Shown here: positions 47,592 through 55,359 of the stretch, in pieces
Layout of the letters: each line of letters opens with the position of its first letter
How positions within the stretch are numbered: the stretch's first letter is position 1
Origin: a virus
DNA: 60,176 nucleotides
IMG/VR virus record: IMGVR_UViG_3300045988_161285
Span: 1 to 60,176 of that record
Direction: 5' to 3' (one strand)
Translations under genes and position numbers: made by a program
Notes under the pieces: generated by a model
Database searches by the model: none
Told to the model about the DNA's origin: nothing
What the model saw: the letters and a program-made list of their open reading frames with translations, nothing else

Positions 47592-47891
47592 TTAAGCAGT
47601 AGCACGTTTATAATGATTCTTCTTTTCATTGTTCTTTCCCTTTCTTACTTTTGCAAAGCTCAACACATCCGAAGCATTGTAATAGCTTCTCCCATTAGAT
47701 TTATACTCAACTCTCACTCTTTGAGTATTTACCAACACTCTTAACCTGCCCGGACCTCCTACTATTTTTTCAGATTCTCTCTTTGGGAAAGTGCGCTTAT
47801 CCATAATAGTGAGGATGTCTGCCAATCTCGCCTCCGCTGTCCCGTCAATCAACATGGAACTGCGTAAATCACCATTCACTTCGTATATCAT
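47592..47891 (-). CDS. hypothetical early protein
   Basis: 99 aa, basic C-terminus. Confidence 0.45.
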   Translation of the reverse strand: MIYEVNGDLRSSMLIDGTAEARLADILTIMDKRTFPKRESEKIVGGPGRLRVLVNTQRVRVEYKSNGRSYYNASDVLSFAKVRKGKNNEKKNHYKRATA

Positions 47892-47895
47892 ACCG

Positions 47896-48276
47896 TTAAA
47901 AAATAAAGTCGTTATTATTCTTTCGGCCAGTCCTTATATATCGCATGGCTGTCCGTACCCGTGATGGTATTCTCATTCTCCGTAAATCAATATCATTGCA
48001 AGTGACCTGCATCAATAAGAATAGAATGGAAAATAGGAATTCAAGCCCGTGTCTGCGTAATTCCTTCAAGTCAAAATCACGCTTAAGCCTATCGCAAATC
48101 ATATACAGAAGCAGTTCCGTATCTTTGGAAATACCCAACTTCCGGTATATCGTTCTTTTCTGGGTCTTGACAGTCCAAACCGATTTATTCAGATTGCCCG
48201 CCACCTCCTTGTCGGCAAGCCCCTTGCAGTACTCATTCGCGACAAGCAGTTCCGTAGGAGAAAGGGAAATCATCAT
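47896..48276 (-). CDS. LuxR-type HTH protein with hydrophobic C-terminal region
   Basis: LSPTELLVANEYCKGLADKEVAGNLNKSVWTVKTQKRTIYRKLG. Confidence 0.6.
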   Translation of the reverse strand: MMISLSPTELLVANEYCKGLADKEVAGNLNKSVWTVKTQKRTIYRKLGISKDTELLLYMICDRLKRDFDLKELRRHGLEFLFSILFLLMQVTCNDIDLRRMRIPSRVRTAMRYIRTGRKNNNDFIF

Positions 48277-48485
48277 GCGACCCTTTCCACATCAAAAATA
48301 CCTTTCCTCTTGTCAACCTCCCCTACTTTCCAGTCAGCATCCTCAACGCAGAACTCCAATCTCAATCGGGGGATAATTGTCCCCTTTATGGAATTATACG
48401 CCTTAACCGGAAAAGTTAGAACTTCCCCTACCTCCATATCTCTCAAAGCCGGAGTGTAGTTTTCTGTGATTATTCGCTTTTTCAT
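48273..48485 (-). CDS. hypothetical early protein
   Basis: 70 aa, ATGA overlap with the downstream gene. Confidence 0.45.
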   Translation of the reverse strand: MKKRIITENYTPALRDMEVGEVLTFPVKAYNSIKGTIIPRLRLEFCVEDADWKVGEVDKRKGIFDVERVA

Positions 48486-48569
48486 CGCTATAAAATTTTA
48501 ATGATTAGTATTTGAGCTCTCCCGAGCCAATCCGATTGGCGGCATCACGCTTTATTCGGGAGATTTACT

Positions 48570-48577
48570 TAACTTTG
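48570..48577 (+). promoter_or_regulatory. -7 box TAACTTTG for the plus-strand membrane gene
   Basis: 28 nt upstream of ATG 48605. Confidence 0.4.
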
Positions 48578-48604
48578 CATTGCCACATTTAAAATTAAGT
48601 AAGC

Positions 48605-49045
48605 ATGAGTAGTGAAAGAAATCTAATCAGACTCTACATGCGTTCTCTGGATGAACGAACAGAATGGGTATTCAAAATACAAACAACACTTTTAATGGTA
48701 GCTTCAACCACCTTTGCAGTAATCATTTCTTTAAGCAGTCCTTCAGAGGACAGTCTTTGCAACAAGCTTCTCCTTGTGACTGCAATATGCGTAAATGCAC
48801 TCTGTATCCTTTTCTCTGGAATATCTTTATACGAGAATAGAGTGTTGAGCAATCAAGCTGTGCGCACCTATCGGGAATACCTAAGAAAATATCATAACGG
48901 GGAATTACCGCACGGTCAAGCTTACGTATATGAAAGCATACCAAAAAGAAAAATCTTCGTATTCTGTGAAGGATGTTCGTATGTTTCATTCCTGCTGTTT
49001 ATCATCGTATTGGTTACATATACTATTGTAAGGAGTTTCTGTTAA
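48605..49045 (+). CDS. three-TM membrane protein (moron, opposite strand)
   Basis: 146 aa, hydrophobic segments LLMVASTTFAVIISL, LLLVTAICVNALCILFSGI, VSFLLFIIVLVTYTIV. Confidence 0.55.
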   Translation: MSSERNLIRLYMRSLDERTEWVFKIQTTLLMVASTTFAVIISLSSPSEDSLCNKLLLVTAICVNALCILFSGISLYENRVLSNQAVRTYREYLRKYHNGELPHGQAYVYESIPKRKIFVFCEGCSYVSFLLFIIVLVTYTIVRSFC

Positions 49046-49210
49046 TTATTTCATGTTACGAAGTATCTTTTTAAAAACCCTCCAACAAAAGTATAGCACA
49101 AAGGGGAACAGTACCATTTGAACAATAGTCTGTATCACATAATTTACAGACAAGGCATCAATCGCATACTCGATTGGTGAATCCTTAATGTAATCTATTA
49201 TTTCATTCAT
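49046..49210 (-). CDS. possible 54-aa single-TM protein, convergent with the previous gene
   Basis: MNEIIDYIKDSPIEYAIDALSVNYVIQTIVQMVLFPFVLYFCWRVFKKILRNMK, read by eye. Confidence 0.3.
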   Translation of the reverse strand: MNEIIDYIKDSPIEYAIDALSVNYVIQTIVQMVLFPFVLYFCWRVFKKILRNMK

Positions 49211-49229
49211 ATTCTCTCTATTTTCGATT

Positions 49230-49630
49230 AATATTCGTGCCCCGATAAGCTCTCTCTGCTCTTCCCACCGGAGTTATCAGCTACTGTACTTCGCTGCATG
49301 ACCGTTCGGGGCATGTCGGCTTCTTATTTCGCACCGTTGCAAATCTTTCGCTCGTTCTGAACTTCCATTCAGACATCGTCGCAAATTCTTGCTACTCCGG
49401 GTATCTCTCGCGTCCTCTATGCTGGGATTGAGGGTAAGCGCCAGTATCGCTTTCTGGAACGGATTGCTTAGGGCAATCACTCCATCTCGTTCTCCGTCTC
49501 CCATCAAAGGGTAGGCTCAATGACCGGACGGAGAATCTTTCAATTCGCCCATGCAAGGCTTTGCACGCCACTTGCGCAAGTATTCATGTTAAGCGTACAG
49601 CTGTTCTGCATGGTATATGTAGCTGCCTTT
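49230..49630. ncRNA. candidate ~400-nt structured RNA (GC-rich, no convincing ORF); strand unresolved
   Basis: nested long-range pairings 49278-49284/49619-49625, 49267-49273/49395-49401, 49237-49244/49307-49314, plus several local hairpins. Confidence 0.3.
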
Positions 49631-49646
49631 TCTGCGAATAATTATC

Positions 49647-49949
49647 TTAATCGCCTACGTAACGGGAACCGAAGGCACCTTTGCTGTTCTGATTGTAGTA
49701 AGCTGAAGCTGGAGCGTTGCAGTAATCATAAGAACTTCTTCTTTCCGGTCGTACCAAAGCTGCTTTCATTACTTCTTTCTCAGCCTTTCTCGCTTCTTCA
49801 TCAGCAACACGTTTCTTTTCGTTAGCCCAAGCGAGTTTCAAGCAATCACCGAAAGTCTGTACACCGTGAGTAAGCTGGTATAGCTTGAAATACTTTCTGT
49901 ATATCTCGTGAGCCGCTTTCATAATCTTGTGTAAATCGTACTTTTTCAT
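49647..49949 (-). CDS. first early-left gene (hypothetical, 100 aa)
   Basis: ATG 49949 (MKKYDLHKIMKAAHE) behind AAAAAGGAG; the longer track ORF is an upstream extension. Confidence 0.5.
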   Translation of the reverse strand: MKKYDLHKIMKAAHEIYRKYFKLYQLTHGVQTFGDCLKLAWANEKKRVADEEARKAEKEVMKAALVRPERRSSYDYCNAPASAYYNQNSKGAFGSRYVGD

Positions 49950-49954
49950 TGTCT

Positions 49955-50045
49955 TACTCCTTTTTAGGTATGTTGTTTTTTTGGTTATCTCACTCAAACT
50001 TCGCATCTTTGCTGCTGTTGTCGTTGTTGACGTTGCAAATATACT
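49955..50045 (-). promoter_or_regulatory. early-left promoter/leader, copy 1 of a ~90-bp duplication
   Basis: -7 box TATATTTG (50036-50043 rc), GTCGTTGTTGACGTTG tract, leader TACCTAAAAAGGAGTA. Confidence 0.5.
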
Positions 50046-50110
50046 ATCATTTTTGATTATAACAATCAATTATGATATATTTATTAGTTAATAAAATATA
50101 ATATGATTGT

Positions 50111-50392
50111 ATGACCTTAAGAGAATTGCTGAAAGAAAAGGGAATAGCCTATAAAGTTGTATCCGATGCCTTAGGTATTCACCCCAACAATATGCCACGA
50201 TATGACGACTTAATGAAGCGTAGCGTAGAAGAGGTGATGATTATATCTAAGGCAACGAATATAGACCTATCAGAATTGATTGGAATTTCATTACCAAGAC
50301 AATCAGAAGTACCAACCCCCATCACCAACGAACGCCTGTTCTCCGTCATAGAGAGCCAGCAACGTACCATCGAGAACCTTTCAAAGAAATAA
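50111..50392 (+). CDS. small HTH regulator (Cro/CI-type)
   Basis: LRELLKEKGIAYKVVSDALGIHPNNM; palindromes ATCATTTTTGAT and TGATTATAACAATCA just upstream. Confidence 0.55.
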   Translation: MTLRELLKEKGIAYKVVSDALGIHPNNMPRYDDLMKRSVEEVMIISKATNIDLSELIGISLPRQSEVPTPITNERLFSVIESQQRTIENLSKK

Positions 50393-50394
50393 CT

Positions 50395-50637
50395 ATGGGG
50401 AACTGGAGCGAACAACAAGCAGTAAAGCAAGAACGGAAAGAAAAAGATAAGACTAGACGAGACAAACTCGCAGGATATTTCTTCGACTTATCCAAACTTT
50501 CTTTCGCTGGGTTGGTCATAGGAATTACACTACCTTTGTTCTCTGACACCCAAAACGCAACAATGTGGCTCGTTGCTATGTTTGGAATAGTATTAACCGT
50601 ATTGTCGGCATTGCTGGCAAACAAAATATTAAAATAG
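50395..50637 (+). CDS. two-TM membrane protein
   Basis: 80 aa, FAGLVIGITLPLF and WLVAMFGIVLTVLSALLA. Confidence 0.5.
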   Translation: MGNWSEQQAVKQERKEKDKTRRDKLAGYFFDLSKLSFAGLVIGITLPLFSDTQNATMWLVAMFGIVLTVLSALLANKILK

Positions 50638-50638
50638 T

Positions 50639-50743
50639 ATGGAAGTATTAATATTCGTTTTCGCAGTAGGAGTAGCAATAGTAGGCGGTATTTACCTATG
50701 GACATTCACCAAATCAGGCAAGAAGTGGCTTGCAAGTCTGTAA
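50639..50743 (+). CDS. possible 34-aa single-TM peptide
   Basis: MEVLIFVFAVGVAIVGGIYLWTFTKSGKKWLASL, 1 nt after the previous stop, read by eye. Confidence 0.3.
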   Translation: MEVLIFVFAVGVAIVGGIYLWTFTKSGKKWLASL

Positions 50744-50805
50744 TTATTGCATCCTTTCAAATAGACAGCCGTCAGAACGAACCCATAGAGGTTAAGAACT
50801 GAAAG

Positions 50806-50830
50806 GGTGGTAGAAATACTACCCCTTTTT
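50806..50830 (+). terminator. rho-independent terminator of the 50111-50743 module
   Basis: ggtag/ctacc stem extended by GG/CC, then TTTTT. Confidence 0.55.
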
Positions 50831-50859
50831 AAATTTGCAACATCAATAAATCAAAGAAC

Positions 50860-50950
50860 TACTCCTTTTTAGGTATTACTTTAATTTTGCCAACTCAACT
50901 ATTTTTCATTATTTTGTAGTCGTTGTTGACGTTGATGTTGCAAAGATACT
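50860..50950 (-). promoter_or_regulatory. early-left promoter/leader, copy 2 (adjacent to cI, no ORF behind it)
   Basis: -7 box TATCTTTG (50941-50948 rc), GTCGTTGTTGACGTTG tract, same leader TACCTAAAAAGGAGTA. Confidence 0.5.
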
Positions 50951-51022
50951 AACAGTTAGTACAAATACAAACTTTTACTATCTAAAAGTTAGTTTATTTA
51001 CAACATTTAACTAACTGTTAGT
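50948..51022. promoter_or_regulatory. three palindromic operators ACTAACnGTTAGT
   Basis: 50948-50960 ACTAACAGTTAGT, 50981-50993 TCTAAAAGTTAGT, 51010-51022 ACTAACTGTTAGT; centre spacing 33 and 29 nt. Confidence 0.6.
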
Positions 51023-51032
51023 ATATTCAAAT

Positions 51033-51743
51033 ATGGAAGCTTGGAAAAGAGTTGAATTTATTATTGAAAAAGAAGGCTTGAATAAGAATTCATTCAGTAA
51101 AGCTATTGGTATATCTAATAATGTAACTATCACTCGCATTATTAACGAGCATCGTACACCTTCACGTGCAACATGTGAAAAGATAGTTAGTGCATTCCCT
51201 GCATACAATTTAGAATGGCTACTAACTGGTGAAGGAAATATGCTTACCGATGCTCCATCACAGACGTACCACTCCAACGCCCGCCCAGTTGACGATTTAA
51301 GCTACATGAACGTGCCCGTTATACACATCAAAGCACAATGTGGTTATCTCGCCGGATATGGAGATACCGAATATATAGACACCTTGCCCACAATGCCGGT
51401 AATCGTAGATAAGACCTATCACGGAAAATACCGCATATTTGAAGCAGAAGGTGACAGTATGGATGACAACAGCAGGCTTGCCATCTGCGATGGTGACAAG
51501 GTTTTAGCAAGGGAAGTAAGACGTGACCTTTGGCTTCCCAAACTTCATATTAACGACTGGTACTTCGTTATTGTACACCGTACAAACGGCATATCCATCA
51601 AGCAAATCACGGCCCAAGATGATAAAGGTAATATCACCTGCCACTCGCTCAATGAGTTATTCAATGACTACACCGTTAACCTTGATGATGTAGTGGAGAT
51701 ATACAACGTGATTAAGGTTGTTGAACGCAATATGAGACTATAA
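51033..51743 (+). CDS. CI/LexA-like repressor (HTH plus S24 peptidase)
   Basis: NSFSKAIGISNNVTITRIINE HTH; EAEGDSMDD Ser motif and SIKQI Lys. Confidence 0.8.
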   Translation: MEAWKRVEFIIEKEGLNKNSFSKAIGISNNVTITRIINEHRTPSRATCEKIVSAFPAYNLEWLLTGEGNMLTDAPSQTYHSNARPVDDLSYMNVPVIHIKAQCGYLAGYGDTEYIDTLPTMPVIVDKTYHGKYRIFEAEGDSMDDNSRLAICDGDKVLAREVRRDLWLPKLHINDWYFVIVHRTNGISIKQITAQDDKGNITCHSLNELFNDYTVNLDDVVEIYNVIKVVERNMRL

Positions 51744-51767
51744 TATCAATCTAAAAAGTAAAATACT

Positions 51768-52859
51768 ATGGATTTTAAAGACACTATTAAACAGCTTGCT
51801 GATAGAATTGAAAAGCTGAAAGATAACATTCAGACAGAAGAAGCTACTAAAAATGCTTTCATCATGCCCTTTATTAATGCTCTGGGATATGATGTGTTCA
51901 ATCCTTTGGAAGTATTGCCAGAAATGACCTGCGATATTGGGACCAAGAAAGGAGAAAAGATTGATTATGCCATCATGAAGGACGACCAGCCTATATTGCT
52001 GATTGAATGTAAGCATTGGAAGCAAGATTTAAACCTACATGATAACCAACTACTACGCTATTTCAACGTATCAAAAGCTAAGTTCGGACTTTTGACCAAT
52101 GGAATTATCTACCGCTTCTATACAGATTTGAAAGAACCCAATATAATGGATGATAAGCCTTTTTTGGAAGTGGATATTACGGATTTAAGGGATAATCAAA
52201 TCGAGGAACTGAAAAAATTCCATAAATCATACTTTGATGTGGACAATATTCTGAACTCAGCCAGCGAATTAAAGTACATGGGAGAATTAAAGGCTATTAT
52301 CCAAGAAGAATTCTCCTCGCCTAGCACTGATTTTGTGAAAATGTTTGCTACCAAAGTTTATGAAGGTAGAATGCTTCAAAATATAATAGACCAATTCACA
52401 CCTTTAGTCAAACGCGCTATCTCTTCACATATCAACGATATTATTAATGACCGTTTGAAAGGAGCTTTGACAGTTAGTGATTCCAAAATAGAGGAAAGCC
52501 AAACAAAAAACAGTGGAAACACATCAGAAGAGACTACAGAAGAAGTAAATACAGAATCCAAGATTGTCACTACAGAAGAAGAGTTAGATGCATACAGAAT
52601 TGTAAAAGCTATCTGTAGAAAGAAAGTAGATATATCCCGCATAGTATATCGTGATGCACAGACTTATTTCAGTATTCTGCTTGATGACAACAATCGCAAA
52701 CCTATTTGTCGTATGTATTTCAATACAGCCACTAAGTATGTAGCCACTATTGATGAAAACAAGAAAGATGTGAAACATGTTATTGAAACCCTAGATGACA
52801 TCTATAATTACGAGGATGATTTCTTCAAGACAATAGACATGTATGAGCACAAAGATTGA
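51768..52859 (+). CDS. HsdR-N-like PD-(D/E)XK nuclease-domain protein with uncharacterised C-terminal half
   Basis: EEATKNAFIMPF...IDYAI...LLIECKHW core; acidic linker; 363 aa. Confidence 0.55.
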   Translation: MDFKDTIKQLADRIEKLKDNIQTEEATKNAFIMPFINALGYDVFNPLEVLPEMTCDIGTKKGEKIDYAIMKDDQPILLIECKHWKQDLNLHDNQLLRYFNVSKAKFGLLTNGIIYRFYTDLKEPNIMDDKPFLEVDITDLRDNQIEELKKFHKSYFDVDNILNSASELKYMGELKAIIQEEFSSPSTDFVKMFATKVYEGRMLQNIIDQFTPLVKRAISSHINDIINDRLKGALTVSDSKIEESQTKNSGNTSEETTEEVNTESKIVTTEEELDAYRIVKAICRKKVDISRIVYRDAQTYFSILLDDNNRKPICRMYFNTATKYVATIDENKKDVKHVIETLDDIYNYEDDFFKTIDMYEHKD

Positions 52860-53157
52860 TGTCAATTCGATTATAGCAAATATGAATCAAATAATTACCG
52901 AATGCTCATGTCAGTGGAAAACTCCAAACCATTGTTCCCTCACCCCTACCTGCAAAGGCTGGGGGTGTCGGTTCCTTGCCACTCCCATAGATAAGTTGCC
53001 GACCACCGACAAGGAGAAAGCAAAACTGTTCTCCAAGGTATACCGGGAAGCGAAAGAAAAGGGTGTACTGGAATGTCCGCACTATCGTTCGCTTTTCATC
53101 GACGAGGTTCTAGAGAACATTGAGAAAAGTAACGTTATACAACAAAACATGAGCTGA
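52843..53157 (+). CDS. Cys-rich small protein
   Basis: 104 aa, CSCQWKTPNHCSLTPTCKGWGC; 17-nt overlap with the upstream gene. Confidence 0.45.
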   Translation: MSTKIDVNSIIANMNQIITECSCQWKTPNHCSLTPTCKGWGCRFLATPIDKLPTTDKEKAKLFSKVYREAKEKGVLECPHYRSLFIDEVLENIEKSNVIQQNMS

Positions 53158-53264
53158 TTTTTCCTATTTATTGTCGACATCAGATTTAAACCAGCCTATA
53201 AAGAAGTGATACACAGATTATAGCTATATTTTCAATACAATAAGTCTAGTTTAGTTTTTGTGTG

Positions 53265-53305
53265 AAGCACTTCCTCCGTAAGCGAACGTTGGAAGTGCTT
53301 TTTTA
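53265..53305 (+). terminator. rho-independent terminator ending the cI operon
   Basis: aagcacttcc ... ggaagtgctt stem plus TTTTTT. Confidence 0.7.
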
Positions 53306-53834
53306 GGTGCAACAAGTACTTACGAAAAACAAGCAAATTAAAAATAGTTTCACTTTTGGGGCTAAATAATTGCCGAAAAATTGCAAAAACAAAAATAAAT
53401 CAGAAAAGCTATATAGACCTGCATCAAAAACATTTGTAAAGTATGAGGGCGATTTGCAGAAGTGGAATTAGACCATTCGAGCGTACCTGGGATTTTTATA
53501 TCAATTACCCAATATCAGCTCCCAGTTATCCATAATGGCCATCTCTCAATGTAGCACATCAGGCTGATAAATTGTATAATTTATTCAAAAGCAATAAAAT
53601 CTATGCACAGCTCTACCTTCCTTAAATATTATTTGTAGACTTTTATATATTTTGTCCTGTTTTATAAAAAAACATGTCATACTTTTGCATATATAAATGT
53701 TCTCCTGAACATTTTACATTTTTATTCTTTTGTGTCTGTGAAGACACAAAAAATGTTTGTTTTGTTTGTATCATCCTCTCTTTTAGCGAAAAGAGAGGAT
53801 GACTTTTATTATACTTAAGATATGAAAAGAGCGA

Positions 53835-54077
53835 CTATTTAGCCGCTCCTTCTATTATTTCCTTCAACCGACACAATCTATCAATGGCCGGATTATAGAA
53901 TGCATCCGGATAATGTTGCTTAATATCGCAGATATTCGCATTAACATACAGAGAGGTGTCAAAGATATGTTCCGCCTCACTTAGCATCACCTTTTTGGGT
54001 AATTGGGCTGTTTGTGCCCATTCAATTATTACCTTGACGGATTCCTCGTCGTATGCATATTTACTCTCTTCTGCCAT
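53835..54077 (-). CDS. small acidic hypothetical protein
   Basis: 80 aa, followed by terminator-like GAGCGACTATTTAGCCGC. Confidence 0.45.
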   Translation of the reverse strand: MAEESKYAYDEESVKVIIEWAQTAQLPKKVMLSEAEHIFDTSLYVNANICDIKQHYPDAFYNPAIDRLCRLKEIIEGAAK

Positions 54078-54096
54078 AATTGCTTTATCTAATCAT

Positions 54097-54279
54097 TTAT
54101 AATTGAAAATACGTATCGTTCGCCATATCAACGGCATCCTCCAGACTACCGCCGTTCTCCTCCACAAATGCGACTATGGTATCCAAGAGCTCATCAAAGG
54201 AAGGCATGCTCTCATTCGTTGTCTTTTGAATATAGTCTTCCTTTGTAAAAGCTATATTCTCTATCAATTCAGTTTTCAT
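54097..54279 (-). CDS. small acidic hypothetical protein
   Basis: 60 aa, 19-nt gap to the downstream gene. Confidence 0.4.
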   Translation of the reverse strand: MKTELIENIAFTKEDYIQKTTNESMPSFDELLDTIVAFVEENGGSLEDAVDMANDTYFQL

Positions 54280-54731
54280 TGAAATAAGCAGATATAATTA
54301 CACAAAGGTAAGGAGATTCGGAATATAAAAAAATATCAGTGTGATTTCCATAGTAAAAAAACAGAGGACTTGACTATAAATTCAGAACACTCATCCTTTA
54401 AAAAGATAAAAGCAGGCATTATATTTGTACACATGAAGCCGTGAGGCTTATGATTCTTGTTTAGCTGTATAAAGCCTTCCCTCCTCAATCTAAAGAAGAG
54501 AAGGCTTTCATTATGAAACAAAAAGCCTCGACATAAGCCGAGGCACACTATACAATAAAAAAATACCGCATTTGTCATAAACTTGTTAAATGCCCAATTC
54601 CAAATGGATATAGCTTCATAGCGACAACCGGTTATTCCCCTGCTTGGATAACTCAAATTATGAGTACAATGGGAGGAAACGGAGGTATAAGAACTTTCGT
54701 GCGTTTACTTGGAGCGAATGGGAGTCAGTAG

Positions 54732-55158
54732 CTCTTACTTAAAACTGTGGAGTTATTCTACAATACTGTGGAATGCGCCACGATATTCCACAAGGAAGTA
54801 AAAAAGAGTTTGCTTTATATTGCTGAAAATGAATGCAACATTGTTACATTGCCATTTTGGCATCAATTTTGTACTATGGTTTATGTCCTAAAATTTATCA
54901 GTAACTTATAGTTGTTATGGTTAGACAATAGGTATTAGTTTCATTAAGGTTTAAAGTTATTTTGTTCATATTGATTTTCATTCGGAAACTCTCTTTGTTT
55001 AGTATTGCATCCCGGTCTGTGAAGCATCGGGATGTTTTTCATTTTGGAGGATTACAGTTTTCGACTGAATGCTGCAATCTTGTATAGTTAGTCAATACTG
55101 CTTTCATTATTCTTTGGGGGAATAATGAAAGCAGGCTTAGTCTATGAGGATTGGATAC
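54732..55158 (+). repeat. ~430-bp noncoding element, partner of 9989-10424
   Basis: same order of boxes (54746-54792), conserved core ggcatcaattttgtactatggtttatg, terminator 55008-55040, hairpin ttcattattc/gaataatgaa. Confidence 0.8.
55008..55040 (+). terminator. rho-independent terminator inside the repeated element
   Basis: gcatcccgg ... tcgggatg plus TTTTT. Confidence 0.6.
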
Positions 55159-55330
55159 ACTTTATTTAAAGGCTTTATATTTCTAATGAGGCAAGATATA
55201 AAAAATCAATCTGTGTTTATCTACTCTGAGAAGTATGCAGTACTGTTCATTAATTCCGAAAAAAAAATCATAAACTCTTTTTATTTGCTTTTAGACATTG
55301 TCGGCTGCTGATTTATCGATGCTTTATATG

Positions 55331-55338
55331 TAGATTTG
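55331..55338 (+). promoter_or_regulatory. -7 box TAGATTTG for the AsmA-like gene
   Basis: 22 nt upstream of ATG 55360. Confidence 0.45.
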
Positions 55339-55359
55339 CAAGTGTCTTTTTATCAAGAT

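Larger units (their letters stand above)
6117..53305 (-). mobile_element. tailed-phage genome (prophage-like); ends not defined, may extend left to ~1350
   Basis: contiguous lysis, tail, head, terminase, replication, recombination and immunity modules; no att sites or integrase identified. Confidence 0.8.

Noticed and set aside
49277-49825. Track ORFs 49277-49507 (minus) and 49520-49825 (plus) in the GC-rich island
   Set aside because: They have Arg/Ser/Cys-rich composition and no ribosome-binding context. The plus-strand ORF overlaps the real early gene antisense. The region is treated as a candidate RNA instead.
54336-54656. 106-aa minus-strand ORF in the flank
   Set aside because: It has Cys/Phe-rich, low-complexity composition and spans three obvious hairpins (aagcc-GTGA-ggctt, aaagccttc/gaaggcttt, gcctcg/cgaggc). 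It looks like noncoding intergenic DNA.
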